The notes below the pieces were generated by a model. That model had not been told where the DNA came from and did not search any database. It saw only the letters and a list, made by a program, of their open reading frames with translations. From positions 9,920,001 to 9,984,000 of the forward strand of contig JANJGN010000029.1 in NCBI GenBank assembly GCA_026770705.1: a stretch of DNA of 64,000 nucleotides, written 5' to 3'. The stretch is from Isurus oxyrinchus (lineage: Eukaryota). The position numbers were made by a program, and so were the translations under genes. Shown here piece by piece: positions 23,451 through 37,110 of the stretch. Positions within the stretch are counted from its first letter, which is position 1; the number at the start of each line of letters is the position of its first letter.

Positions 23451-25464
23451 GCAAAAGACTGTTTGCGACAGCAGCACCACTAGTCAATTGGGCCTCCTGC
23501 TTCTCAGTTTGCATCCAGTCAGGTACAAGCGTAAGTTGACGATGTGCTGTCTGCTATGTTAGTGCTCCCTCTAATGCCAAAGCCATTTTTCATAAAAGGT
23601 CAGAAATATTCCTTTCCATGTAGTTTCTTGGTGGAGATTTAAAATTGTTCCTAGTTAATGCTTTGTGTGGCAGTTTATAGAGTCTATTGAGACATAGTAT
23701 ATTTTCCCCTAACTAGTTGTGTTTCCTGTCACTGTGATGCATAGAACATTACATGTTGTAATCTGAAATGAAGCAGAAAATGTCTGAGTGAGTTAGGGTC
23801 TTTTTGTCAGGGGACAGCATTAGGATTTTAAAAAATAAAATGTAAAGTCTTAGCATAGTAAATGTGTCTTCCCCGAATTATTAGTATGTAGTGTTTCTAT
23901 TTTATTTTTTATTGTTCATTGTTGTCTGATACTTCAAGGGAGTTTCTAAGGCTGTTGCTTTGGGCTTAATGGATAGCGTAGACAGAATTTGGAAGAGCTG
24001 CTAGTGATTGCAGGCCTCTGCCCTGTCTGACTGTGACAGTAGATTGCAGTGCCAACACCAGAGCCCCAAGGATTTTAGGGGGTCTCGGCTTGTGTTCCGT
24101 CATGGCAAACCCAATGACCTGCCAACATTGAACAGTGCACACTGTTCACATGTAAGTTGTACGACAGATTTCATCTGGCTTTTACCACTTGACTTGCGAC
24201 TAGCTTATGTGTGAATAATTAATGGCAATTAATGTTTAATTACAGTAATTAGACAAGTCACAGAAAATTAAGCTGCAGCTGGGAGTGATGTAGTTTGTGG
24301 CATAGAGGAAGGCTGCAGTATCCTAACTATGTTGAGCATTTCTGACAGCATGGCATAGCTCCCATATACCATCTCCAACACGTTTTCTAATTGCAGCTGA
24401 ATTACACCCCCACATTTATAACACTCCACTAAGATGGGCAGCTAAAACATCATGTCAAGCATGTCATGTGATTTATGTATAGTGCTCTTGCTGATAAGAG
24501 GTAGGCATAATTAAATTCACAAAGAGGGTGTTCTTTATACACACAAAAAAGTCACACCCTAAATTGGTATCTCTACAATTAATTGAATTAATAAAATTGT
24601 GTGACATATTTTAAATCATTTTTCTTCAAAGAAATGCAATATTTCTATGCAATGAATTTGATATTTGTAGATTTGCATGGGTGAATATTACCAGAGCATA
24701 AAACAGATTCTTGGTGAGAATGTATTTGCAAAATTGACAATAGTAGCAAATTAAGTTCCTTAATAACATTTCCCACAGAAGGTAATGAGCTATATCACTA
24801 AGCCAAGAGCTTTTCAGTTAAATTCAGATATAATGAAAGGCTTCAAACACCATTAAAAAGGCAGATGCATATCAAAAATCGGTTTTTAGAAATAGAGGGA
24901 ACATTCCAGGTTTACTGTTTAAATAAATTACATCTTCAGTCTTAAAGCAAACCTTCAGAGGATCACTTATGGTGATTGAAGTGTGTGGCTCCTGATTAAT
25001 TTCAAGCTACCTGTCTGAATGGGCCTAATGATATTCATTTGGTTGTGCCTCAGTAATTGGGTTGAGGACCTTGTACTGGATAGTACTATTGTACGAGATG
25101 CATCTTGATGTTGATACTTTTTTGCCAAATGTTAGTCACTGTTAATGTAACATGGAAAGTGTACTCAGTGGGACCTTAAAGTGTTCACAAGATCATTACT
25201 GACATGGAAGGCCATCAACTCCGAGAGACCCTAACATCCTTCTCGGTTGTAGCATCCTGTAGTTTATTAAATGATTTTAGGAATTTTTTGACTTCACCTC
25301 TCTATCTGGAAGTTTATTCTGCGAGTGGATCACTCTTTGTGCAAAGAAGAATTTGCTGAAATTAGCCCTAAAACTAGCTATATATGTTTGATTCTGCACT
25401 CTTCTCCCCCTCACCGCCTCCCAATTTATTCTGTCAGTTTAAAGAGCTACAATCTGTTAGGAAG

Positions 25465-26565
25465 TGTTGACGTTTAGAGAAGAAATCCCAACACCCAGTT
25501 ATTCACGGACAGAACTACGCTACACGATTTCACGATTTTAAAACAATCTTTATTGAATATATATTAAAAAATTAAACAAAGCAAGTGCTACTAACAACAC
25601 TATAGTTTATAAAGTCTTGTCATAATTGTCATAAATTCAGTTTTCCCTTTTTTCCCTCCACCCAGGAGTTATCTTATGAAATCTTGAAGGTTCTTTCAGC
25701 TTTTTCTGGGACAAACCCAAAAAGTTTGCCAAAGCACTCCAGAATTTACTTTAATTCTCCTTAGCATTCCAGCTATTCCTCAAGGCACAAATTAATGGGA
25801 TCCTTCCATTAGCTTTTGGCTAAGCGTTTCTCTAGTTTTATTTAAAGACCTTATGACTGTGGACACTTCAGCTCCTTGTCCTGGCTTTGGATATACGTAG
25901 ACTCCCCCACCCCCCCACCCCATCTCGCAGTGCACTCCCACAGCTTCTACATAGTTCCTTCCAAGCTAACTATTCCAGCTGACTGCTTTCTGCCACAATG
26001 GTCTACTGAGGACTACTGTAGATTTCTTCCACAAGATGCAAGCTAGAGAAAATCTTCCAGCTGCTTTTCTCCTCACAAAACCCAAAGTGAATTGCCTGCT
26101 TCTGTCAGCAAGCACACACACATAAACTAAAGAACCTTCTAACCGAGGCTGCACCCTGAATCACTATCACTTTGGCAATGTGGCATGTTTTGGGATGATT
26201 CAACAGAAATGGAAACTAATTATTTTACCTTCAACACAACGCTTTTATTCTGTAACTCATATGAAAAATTTCCATCTCTAATGGAGTTTTACAATTCTTT
26301 CTCCAGACTTCATGGCTCCATTACAATCTTAGAAATGGATTGTTCATTGTTCAACTTTTTCACTATCAGCTCTGACCTTGCAGGGCAAGCACAGGGTACT
26401 GCTTAAACGTAATAAACCCAGGCTTGTTTCAGTTGCATTTACATCAGCATTGTTGTTACCAGTTTCTCAACCAGATGCCCCCATTTTATACAGTTAAAAC
26501 TTTAATTCCTAAAACTAAACTTTATGTTCCAAGACATAGAAATTATGAACTAGGTATTTACAACA
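25465..26565 (-). mobile_element. Candidate solo LTR (about 1.1 kb) interrupting an old CR1 fragment
   Basis: TGTTG...CAACA termini; minus-strand AATAAA near 25550; CR1-like sequence on both flanks. No convincing TSD. Confidence 0.35.
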
Positions 26566-27849
26566 ATAGTAATATTCTGAGTTAACTTTTTCTTTATCCT
26601 TACTTATCCCACTAAAAGATCACCTCCCAGACATCTCTGTTCCAGGCTGAAAGCCTAATCTTTCTAATTGTTCCTCACTTTGACCTCCTAACCTCTGACC
26701 CTGTGGCTCTGTTCTGCCTCCAGCCATTGAATGTCTTTCTTGTTTACTGGTTACCAGAACTAGACACAGTCACAAGGTGCAGTCTGATCAGAGCCTTGAG
26801 CAGTGTGACTCCTGCCTTCTGTGACCTGCACTCTGCTGTTTTGGCCTGTGTAGTTCAGCATCCTATTAACTCTGTTGATTGCTGCTTTGTATTGATTGAC
26901 CATAACTTTATGTCAAATCTACTAAGATTCATAGGTCTCTCTTTTTTGCTTAATCCTCCGTAATTTCAACATTACTCATGCAGTATTGTGTTGGAGGGGT
27001 AGGTCACTAACATTCATAGTCAAATGTTCCCAATTTGCAACAAAAACAAACTACTAAGCAAGGGATATAATGCCATCAGTCAAAACAGGTGATTTTAAGA
27101 TGACCCCTTCAGAACCACAACCCATCCACCATCCAGGAGGAACACTGACTCCAAACATCACGACGATGGGACCATCTCTGACTCCCCCCCACACCCACCC
27201 TCAAAACCCAGGGTCAAGCAAGCTGTCTGAACTCGGTGACCTGCAACAATCCCAGTGTAGGGAATGTGAAGTGGTGATACACACCTCCTGCTAGCACTAT
27301 GCAGTTAGAATCTGCAGTGACTTCAGAAACTATATAAGGGAATTACATTCTCATGACATGTGTCTGAATGAACATCTCTAGAATAATGTCATAATATATG
27401 TGTGACTGTACCCTTAATCATAAAATACTCATCAAAAAATGTACACTCTGAATGTACACTCGTCTGTATAATAGTTTGAGAAAAATGTGACTACATGTTT
27501 GAGAAACTAATTATAAAAAAAACTACAAGTAATAACATTTGAATTAAATGGAATTAGAATTCCCTCCAATTCAATATCGAGAGGACCAAAGCTATCATTT
27601 TCAGTTCCTTTCTAAACCTCTACACACTTGCCACTGATTCTATCCTTCTCCTGGCTGCTCACTTAGGTTGAATCAGCCTGTACTATCTGTTCAACTCTGC
27701 TGAGTTTCAAATCCCATACTCTATGTTTGACCAAGACTATTTACTTCCATCTGAATGTTGCTGACTTCAGCCCTTACCTCCACTGCTACTGAAAGACCCA
27801 TAAAAACCATCATTTTAGGAAGTATATACATACGTTTTATGATGTTGCC

Positions 27850-28066
27850 TTCGAAGGAGAGAGGGATAGAGCCTGAGGAGAGAGAACTGGTAAGAATGTC
27901 AGCTAACATGGGAGCATGGAAGGGAAGTTTGGGTGGTCATTAGCTTAGTGGGAATAGGGTTGAGAGAATAGGAAATGGGAGTCATGGACAAGATGAGCTT
28001 AGAGAGAGAATGAGGGGAGATAGGAGAGAAAATAGAGAAAGATACAAGCTCAGGGCTTGGGCAGGG
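27850..28066 (-). mobile_element. L2 LINE RT fragment; continues at about 29390-29480 after the Penelope insertion
   Basis: LSKLILSMTPISYSLNPIPTKLMTTQ..MLADILTSSLSSGSIPLSF, matching the L2-type LDPIPT..SL.SG.VP motif. Confidence 0.65.
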
Positions 28067-29386
28067 TCTCCTCACACCTCGCTTCCTGTAAGGACTCCAT
28101 CCCATTCTCTTGGTTCCTTCGCCTCCGTTGCATCTGTTCTGATGATGCCACTTTCAAAAACAGTTCCTCTGACATGTCTTCCTTCTTCCTTAACCGAGGT
28201 TTTCCACCTACGGTGGTTGACAGGGCCCTCAACCGTGTCCAGCCCATCTCCCGCGCATCCGTCCTCACACCTTTCTCTCCCTCCTAGAAACATGATAGGG
28301 TCCCCCTTGTCTTCACTTATCACCCCACCAACCTCCGCATTCAAAGGATTATCCTCCGCCATTTCTGCCAACTCCAGCATGATGCCACCACCTAACACAT
28401 CTTCCCTTCACCCCCCCGGTGGCATTCCACAGGGATCGTTCCCTCTGGGACACCCTGGTCCACTCCTCTATCACCCCCTACACCTCAACCCCCTCCCATG
28501 GCACCTTCCAATGCAACTGCAGAAGGTGCAACATCTGCCCCTTTATTTCCCCAAGTGCCCAAACACTCCTTTCAAGTGAAGCATCATTTCACTTGCACTT
28601 CCCGCAATTTAGTCTACTGCATTTATTGCTCCCAATGCGGTTTCCTCTGCAGTGGAGAGACCAAATGCAGACTGGGTGACCGCTTTGCAGAACACCTTCA
28701 GTCTGTCCGCAAGCATTACCCAGACCTCCCTGTCCTTGCCATTTCAACACTCCACCCTGCTCTCATGCCCACGTGTCTGACCTTGGCCTGCTGCATTGCT
28801 CCAGTGAAGCTCAACGCAAATTGGAGGAACAGCACCTCATCTTCCAACTAGGCACTTTACAGCCTTCCGGACTGAATATTGAGTTCAACAATTTTAGATC
28901 ATGAACTCTCTCCTCCATCCCCACCCCCTTTCCAATCCCCCCCTTTTATTTCCAATAACTTATATAGATTTTTCTTTTCCCACCTATTTCCGTTATTTTT
29001 AAATGTATTCTCATCCATTGTTTTATCTCTACCTTTTAGCCTATTTCGATTCCTTCACCCCACCCCACCCCCACTAGGTCTATCTGTACCTTGCTTGTCC
29101 TGCTTTCTACCCTTAATTAGCACATTCCTTAGATAATATCATCACCTTCAACACCTCTTTGTCCTTTTGTCTATGACATCTTTTGGCAATCTCCACCTAT
29201 CACTGGCCCTCTATCCAGCTCTACTTGTCCCACCCCCCCTTAAACCAGCTTATATTTCACCTCTTTTCTATTTTTGCTTAGTTCTGTTGAAGAGTCATAC
29301 AGACTCGAAACGTTTAACTATGTTCCTCTCTGTAGATGCTGTCAGACCTGCTGAGTTTTTCCGGGTATTTTTATTTTTATTTTTGT
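28067..29386 (+). mobile_element. Penelope-like retroelement, 5'-truncated: RT thumb, GIY-YIG endonuclease and terminal repeat
   Basis: SSHLASCKDSIPFSWFLRLRCICSDD..FFLNRGFPPTVVDRAL (RT C-terminus), then CNCRRCNICP and HFTCTSRNLVYCIYCSQCGFLCSGETKCRLGDRFAEH (degenerate GIY-YIG), frameshifted. The 3' end carries the hammerhead-like repeat. Confidence 0.88.
29280..29319 (+). ncRNA. Minimal type I hammerhead ribozyme motif (one core substitution) in a Penelope terminal repeat
   Basis: AGTT-CTGTTGA-A-GAGTC-ataca-GACTC-GAAA-CGTT-t-AACT. Helix I is AGTT/AACT, helix II is GAGTC/GACTC, helix III is palindromic ACGT. The core has T in place of A6. Confidence 0.6.
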
Positions 29387-32300
29387 TGTAGAGTAAGTTT
29401 AATTTGGTGGATGAGGGGAAGCAAGGAAAGTGGCATTAGATAGAATGGTCTCAATGTTTGTGACAAAAAAAATTCATCACTTGCAGCTGGGGCTGAAGGC
29501 AGAGGAAACATTCAAATACTCAACCAAGTCTTTGGTCATTTCTCCTAATTATCTCAACAACAATAGGCACCTTCTCCCTTTCCTCCTGATATTCGTTATG
29601 TTAAAGGTGTCATATAAATACAATTTGTTGGTCAGTCACTGGGATAGCAACCTCTGTTTTGATCAGTATTTCCTGCAAGCTGTGAATACACAGCAAACCA
29701 GAAGGTACCGTGGAAGCTGCTCATGAGCTGTTCCATTTGTGGTATCTCGCATGCCTGCAAATAAACTTAAAGGTACCACATATTCAAATGAACAGGCCAC
29801 AAACAGTAGAAACACTTCAGAGGGGACGTTGATTGTGACGGTTTTGGTAAATATTTTGCTTTTTCAAAGCTGTTTGGCTGAAAGCCACTTGATAAACAGA
29901 CTAGAGAGTACATGCTTTTATTATCAAATATTTAAAATGACATAGATTGGAACTTATCACAGTTTACAGTTTTCAATTTAATTTTGCCATCTGCACTATT
30001 AAGAATGGGACTATTTTCAGATATCTTACTGAAGCCTGCTTATGGGTATGCAATTAACAAAAAAAAATAAAGAACCTAATGTGAGTTCTAACTAGCAAAA
30101 ACTCATACTAGAAATCAAATAGCTTGTTTTTCATAAGTTTTGTCAGAATCTCGTGACATTAATTGATCATAAATTGGTTTAAAACAAAATTTTTTCATAT
30201 GATCTTTACTACAGAATAGTTGTTAATAAGATAGCACTTCATGATCTAGTGTGTTATTTTCTTGCAGTCTTCCCAAATTCCCTCCCTCTTAACTGCAGCC
30301 ATTTCAAGAACGTCAGTATGAGACTGTTTCATGTTCTGCTATATCATAATGAAAAATAAAAAAATGTCCTGCAATCCATCACAATAGGATGTTACAAATC
30401 TATGTGGTTACTTACACTGACCACTAAAGGAAGCAGCACAAATTGATATTGGTCTGTGTGGAGATTTCAGTTCAGACAGTTTGAAGCAGAATGCTTTGTA
30501 AATGCACTCATAAATATGTTTGAATTGGTCTGTCGAGGCACTGCAGTCTGCAGCTAGGCTGATGAGTCCTTGTTTTTACATCAGCTATTTTATGTTTATG
30601 CAGAAGGTTTTTGGTGTGCCCAACATTAATAAGAAAACACAGTGTAAAGTAATTAATGCATTTCAATCTTGCAGCATTGTGATTATTACTTTATGTATAC
30701 CAACTATATTTCTGTCTTAGAAGTTCCTTTCATATCAGTGAATCAAGTGCAAGTTGCTGAAGACATTTTCAATGTTATTTAATGTCAAGCTTTTTGGTAA
30801 TATGTATTCAATGAACAAAAATGGTATTTCAAATTCAAAAAAGGCAAATAAGAATATTACTCTGCAAACCATGGTTGTTATTGTGCTTACAGTTTGAAAG
30901 TCACAGATGGATTACTGCTAAAGAGCTTCTCCAAAGTCCTTCGAGCACATCTAGTAGACCTATTCAGTGCCATGTGCATCTTTATTAATCAGATTCAATC
31001 TGCAGTTCCTAACCTCCCCATTTTAGACTCTGATGGAGAAATGAAGTCCTGCAGTAGGAGGACACCATACAGAGAATATTATCACCAGACATCTGTTCTC
31101 TACAATTTTCTTTTTTTAAGAAACAGAAAATCTGGAAGATGTTCAATGAACACCTGAATGAAAAAGATTGGTTAATGTTTTGGGGGTGGGTGTTGGAGGT
31201 GGCGGAGATGTGGTCAGAAACATTAATATCCCCTCAATCTGCTGCTGATTGATCTGCTGTGCATGTCCCACATTTTCTGCTCTTACTCCAGATTTTCAGA
31301 AATTGTAATTTTTCTTAAGCCTGTGTGACAAAATGTAAGATGCAAAAAAAAAGTTATGCAAACAGTCCAGGGGGAAAAACACATTCTACAAGTCTTTAAA
31401 ACTTGTTTGGATTCTGTCGTATGCCTGAAAATATCAAAACTTATACTCCTATGGGGTATGGAGGCAGATATGATAGGATCAGGATTGCATGTCACTCCAG
31501 CTGATCAAAGGAGGGGAAGAAAGCAGCTGGATCAGAGAATCAATTACCTGATTATTTTAAAATAAATAGCCTTTCAGAGGAATGAAAGTACGTTAAATAA
31601 ACACAAAAATACAGTACTACATCTCTTTGGCAAAATTTGGACAGGTCATCCCATTTAATTGCAGTTTGCATAGAGAGGATTTAAACTGATTATTGAATAA
31701 TAGAAGCAATGGCAGAAAACTGGAGTGGTGACTGGAAGCTTCAGAAATTAATTTAGGATTTTGGTCTTTTTGTACAATTCTGGTACACTCTCTAAGCAAT
31801 TCCGATAAAGTTGTTTAGAGATTAGTACATTGCTGCAAATGTTCAGCGCTTAGATTTATTAATGTCATTGCTAAGCAACTGCTGGTAAAACTTTTGAAAT
31901 TATTATCCCTGTAACATACCGTACATTGTGTACCATTTACATTTGTTTATGGAAGTTCAACAGTTGGAAAGTGACCCTTGCCATCTCCCTTAACTCAGCT
32001 CTGGGAAGACTTGAAATATTTGCAGAGCTCAGCTGCCAGGAACTAGCTCAACTTGTTGTTCCAGTTAACCATATTGGGCAAATGCAGAAACGGCCTTTCA
32101 TACTTAATGGGAATGCTTGTCATTTGGAAGAAATTAAAGAAAGTTTGGAAAGTCTTTTGAGTTCCAGGTGGCATGCATGTATAATATCAGAGCTTAAGTG
32201 ACCTCAGTCTAATGTACAGGACATACACTCTATCCACCAAAACAAAGAGAATGTCCACCCCACCCTCCACCCCCAAACATTTTCAGGGAAAATAAAATTT

Positions 32301-33114
32301 GGAGGATAATTACGAGTCCAAAAATGTTTTTGTCACTCTTATGGTGCAGCAGGAACCAAAACAAAAGTACAATTCTGATCAAGTAGCTTGAATTTAATCT
32401 TTCTTGGGATGTGTAGTTGAATTATTTTGGACAGGAGGAGATTGGTGTTAGTTGCTGTGCAGTGAAGCAACATCTTGTGCAAGCATTTATTCTGAAAATT
32501 CTGGTGGATAGTCAGGAAGATGAATAATGTTGGTCACAGTCATAATGTACAAACTTATTGCAGTCTATTCCTCTTAATTCTAAGACTCTTCATTCAAGTA
32601 ATATGATCATTTTGGTTGTTTAGCATTAAATTCCCACTTTGTTGTGTTTATGCCACTTCATGTAACCTAATACAAATGGCTGAGTTGTTGAATTTCTTTG
32701 ATCACAAATCAAGACTTTTCTCTCAAAGCTCCTGAATCAGACTCAGAAGAAAAACACTTTTTTAACCTGTTGACAATCTAGTGATTCTGTGTTTATATCC
32801 AAAGTGGGAAGGATACTTGTAGGAATAGAAATATGGCACACAAGTTTTACTGACCTGATGTACAGGGAGCTGGTCGGTCAGAAATGTATGGGGAATCTGC
32901 AATTCGGGTTTCCCCCGCACGCTGTGGAGCTTTATCCACAGGGAGTCACTGACATCATTGATCGGCTCCCTGCCCGGAAGCTAACCTGATTGACATGATG
33001 GGTCTCCAGTCAGGCAGGGTGCCAGTCAGTGACAGCTGCAGGGGGCTTGACCAGGTTTGCAGGGAAGTAGATTAGAAAAAGATTAATCTGATAGGCTACT
33101 GACCCCATGGAGTG

Positions 33115-33380
33115 GTCGGAGGCTTGGTTATGGTGGGTGGACTGGGACCTGGTGGCGGTGGATAGACTGGGGCCTGGCGGTGGTGGATAGACTGGGACGG
33201 GTAGATTGGGGTCTGGTGGGCAAATTTGGACCTGGTGATGGTGGGTAGATTGGGGCCCAGTGGTGGTGGGTAGATTGGGGCGTGGTGGTGGTGGGTAGAT
33301 TGGTGCCCTGTGGTGGTGGGTATATTGGGGTCCAATGGGCAGATTAGGTCTTGGTGTGTAGTTTGGGGCGTAGTGGTGTT
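33115..33380 (+). repeat. G-rich imperfect minisatellite, unit about (GGT)nGGGTAGATTGGGGC
   Basis: About 10 diverged units such as tggtggtgggtagattggggc, inside a GC-richer repeat-like block at about 32870-33750. Confidence 0.8.
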
Positions 33381-33974
33381 TGCGAGGAGGGTTAGCCGGC
33401 GGCTTCATGGTGGAATTGCAGGCCTCAGTCGGAAGATCGTTGGTAGTGCCCAATTGCAGATGCTCCTCAGGCAAGTATTTGGCTCCGGGAGCTAGGTGTG
33501 AAGGCACTTGCCTCCTGAATCCATCAAGTTCTTTCCTTGATGAAGCTGCCAGATTCTTCGACACTCAGGAAACTCCTTCGACAGCTCATTATTACGTTTA
33601 AAGTTGCAAACCACCTCCTTGGATCAGGCTGCCCGTTTTCCTGCCTCAATTGAAGCCAAAATAGGAAGAAGTGAGTTTGGGTCGGAAAGCCATTTTCTCA
33701 GAATTTAACCCTTCACCTGGCCAAAACTGTCTGTTTTTGAAGATTAAAGCTCAAGGCAACGACATACTCATATTGAACATATGCATGGAATTGAGAACCA
33801 AGTACAGATTCTTCAGATATTCTTCATTGTTAAGATAAAATAATAATACATCCTCATTGTTTCCCCATGTTAACAAGTGAAATGCTCTGATGTGTACACA
33901 TTGCTCATCATTGCTGTTCTGAGGGAGAGCTAGACTGTTGAGATATTGTCTTTTGGATACGACAATCCACTCAT

Positions 33975-34130
33975 TGACCTTATTGCTTTTGTGGGATCTT
34001 GTTGTGCAGAAAATGACTCCTGCATTTCCCAATGTAGCAATGATTCTGCTTCTAAAGCACGTCATTGGCTGAGAAGCACTTTGGGATGTCCGAAAGCTGG
34101 GAAAGGTGCTATATAAATGTGAGATCTTTC
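33975..34130 (+). mobile_element. Deu-domain/SacSINE1-like SINE, 3' part
   Basis: attgcttttgtgggatcttgttgtgc..cattggctgagaagcactttgggatgtcc..gaaaggtgctatataaatg. Confidence 0.6.
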
Positions 34131-35524
34131 AATTTTTCCTGCTGCACAAGGAACCCTGAATGAAAATTTAATTAACAATTAAATGTGCTTTGACATTTTC
34201 TAAAGAGCAAGTTACAGGCTTATATTCAGATAGTTCTTCAGTGTATCATTTGGTGAGTTGTGGCTGCCCTGGGAACAAACTTGACCCTCTAATGACCAGC
34301 AGCAAGTCCACTTGTTTATCAAATTACCCAGCCCTCTGTGAACCTCAAAATTGCTGAGCTGGTAAAGGGTAGTTAGTAAGATATGTTATATAAATGGAGC
34401 TTCCACAGTGATACAGTGGAAGTATAGTGTTAACACAGAGCCCTATAACACTAAACTGATGGAGTGTAAATTGGGTGATGATGTCTGAAGAGAAATTGAC
34501 TGAATCTTGCTGCCCTTTGCCCCTCAGTCAGGTCAGATTCAAACTGCACTTACACTATAACCGTAGCATTCGTTTAACATAACAGTTAATAGCATGAATC
34601 TGCCAAGAATGACCAATGAAGTATCATAACTGTAATGCCAAAATCTGGTTGCCCAAGTCTCTTGACGCTTGTGGCAGGGTTTACAAGTTATATGTTCTAT
34701 ATTGTTGGCTTCAATTCCAATTCATCCTTTTAGGATTAAATGACTCTGCTTCTGACAGGGTTTCTATGACATAGCTGCAATTTATCATTTCATTCACAAT
34801 ATGAGGCACAAACTACTGGCTCTATTACTATGCGAATACTTGTATTTATTAAATGACACTAAAGTGCTATACTGTATTTTGAGTAAGTTGTGCAATGGAG
34901 TGCTAACAGATGTGAGCTTTTACCTCCAGGTTCTGAACTCTTGTCCTGATTAAAAGCGTGGTGTTCTTCTCCCTTTCTCTATTCAAGAGCAGAGTCTTGA
35001 GGGTGAAATCATCACTGGTGGATATTGACTGCCTCCTGGTGGCTGGCTTTAATATAGCATCGGCTGAGAAATGAGTAGGTTTTGCCCAACTCTTCCCTTG
35101 GATGTGAGAATGATGCATGGCGTTTAGAGAGGGGAGGCGAGACGGGCTTAAAATTTGGGGAGAAAATACATTAGATTATTTGTGCACATTACAAGGCAAT
35201 AAGAAATTGCTGACTTTGGTGGTGATACATTACATGTCACATTATCTAATTTAGCGTGGCAGTTTTCTGTCATTCTGCATTGCAACAGAAAACCTAATAA
35301 AATATCGATTTAGCAATGTGCTGTAAGTGTGCTGCTAAATCGGCTTCCCTCCACGTCCCTTTACAAAATGTCTGTGATCTGCTGTATACAAATGAATTTC
35401 AGTGCACAAAAAGTCGATATGTAGCAGCATTATGCAGTGAAGCTGCATTTTGAATTATGTTTCAGCCAGGAGTTTGTTTACTTGTTGGGAGTGTGGCTGT
35501 GACGCTCTCTTCTCCGGGGATTAT

Positions 35525-35538
35525 AGGTCAAAAGTTCA
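35525..35538 (+). promoter_or_regulatory. Consensus DR2 nuclear-receptor element (candidate RARE)
   Basis: AGGTCA-aa-AGTTCA matches RGKTCA(N2)RGKTCA, in a repeat-free island. Motif match only. Confidence 0.3.
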
Positions 35539-36754
35539 TTCATCAGCAGGGAGTTTTGTGATGGGACTGGTCTAGTGAAAAGTTTATTTATCTAAAGCAG
35601 TATTTGTGGGAAGACTGTGAAGTACTATTTAAATAAACGGAGCGTGACAGTATATTCTGAGAGCAAAGTTTTGATTTCACCTAATTATTGTTTGGTAGTA
35701 GACGATATGCAGTATAAATAAGTGTCCAGCAGTAATTTTAAAACTTCACTGAGTTCTTACAGAATTCTTGTTATTTCAAATCAATTCATTCACAAGGTTT
35801 ATTACCACATTTTTTGCCCATTCAAAATAAGCAAATAACAGATGCCGCAAAACTCAATTCAATCTGAAACTATTATAGAACAATGAAGTTTGCAGTTTTT
35901 AAAGAGGCCCATTCCATTTAGTGAGAAAAACTAAAGTCTGTCCATATGTCTGCTGAGTATTTCATTCCAAATTTAGTGATTTTACTAGAATGTTTCCAAT
36001 ATATCTGATAGACCTCAATGCTGTAAAATGGATTGTGTTTTTACACCAATGTTATTTTCTCAATTTACATCTGACCTATAGTTGTGAAGAATTAACAGCA
36101 CAAAATGTTTGTTTTATTTTATAGAATATATTTAAAGCAAAGCCAAGTTAAAGGCATCACAAATCAAAAATACAAGTTATAAAAATTGCCTGATGTCCAT
36201 TGCTTGAAGCATTAGTGATCTTCTGTAACCTTTATGAAAAGCAGCTCACTTTCTAAGGTTCCAAAACACTGGTGTGCCTCATGTATACTTTCAACCTTCT
36301 CCCTTCCCCTCCTACTGTAGCGCAGAGGATCTGATGGGGGAGAGAGAGAGAGATTTATGTTACAGTGCTGTTCATCCATCCATGGGCAAATGTTTTTCAC
36401 ATGAATAACTTAAAAACGGGTATGTCAGAACCGCACAGTATGGGAATGCGCATGTCCACACACACAGACATGCTTCATCAGTGAACAGTGCTAGTATGTT
36501 ACTATAATAGCTTCTCTAAAACAATGATTACACTTAAAATGAGTGTGATGGGGTATGTGCACTTACAGATGTCCGTTCATAAAGAATGATATCTACCACC
36601 TCACCAATGTGGACGTTTTCACTTTTATTGTGTCCTACTTTAAAAAGATATTGATGTATTCTTGCAATGATGGATATGTTTCAACAGTACAATGTGGTTC
36701 TGTATTTCTGAATTTTTATTTTAAAAATCTGAAATATATGTGGAGAATGCTTTG

Positions 36755-37110
36755 GATTACAGAGTCGTTATGGTGCAGAAGGAGGTCATTCAGCCCATCG
36801 TGTCTGCACTGGCTCTCCAAATGAGCATTATGACTTAGTGCCATTCTCCTGCCTTTTCCCTGCACTTTTGCACATTGTTTCTATTCAAATAATCATCTAA
36901 AGCCCTCTTGAATGCTTCGATTGAACCTGCCCCCATCACACTTCCAGGCAGTGCATTCCAGACCCGAACCATTTGCTGTGTGAAGAAGTTTTTTCTCACA
37001 TGACATTTGCTTCTTTTGCAAATTACTTGAAATCTGTGCCCTCTTGTTCTCGATCCTTTTACGAGTGGGAACAGTTTCTCCTTATCTACTCTGTCCAGCT
37101 CCCTCATGCT
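36755..37110 (-). mobile_element. CR1 3' fragment
   Basis: MRELDRVDKEKLFPLVKGSRTRGHRFQV..RKNFFTQQMVRVWNALPGSV..FKRALDDYL. Confidence 0.85.

Noticed and set aside
33010-33564. 184-aa proline-rich, extensin-like ORF
   Set aside because: Translation of the G-rich minisatellite; no splice or domain evidence.
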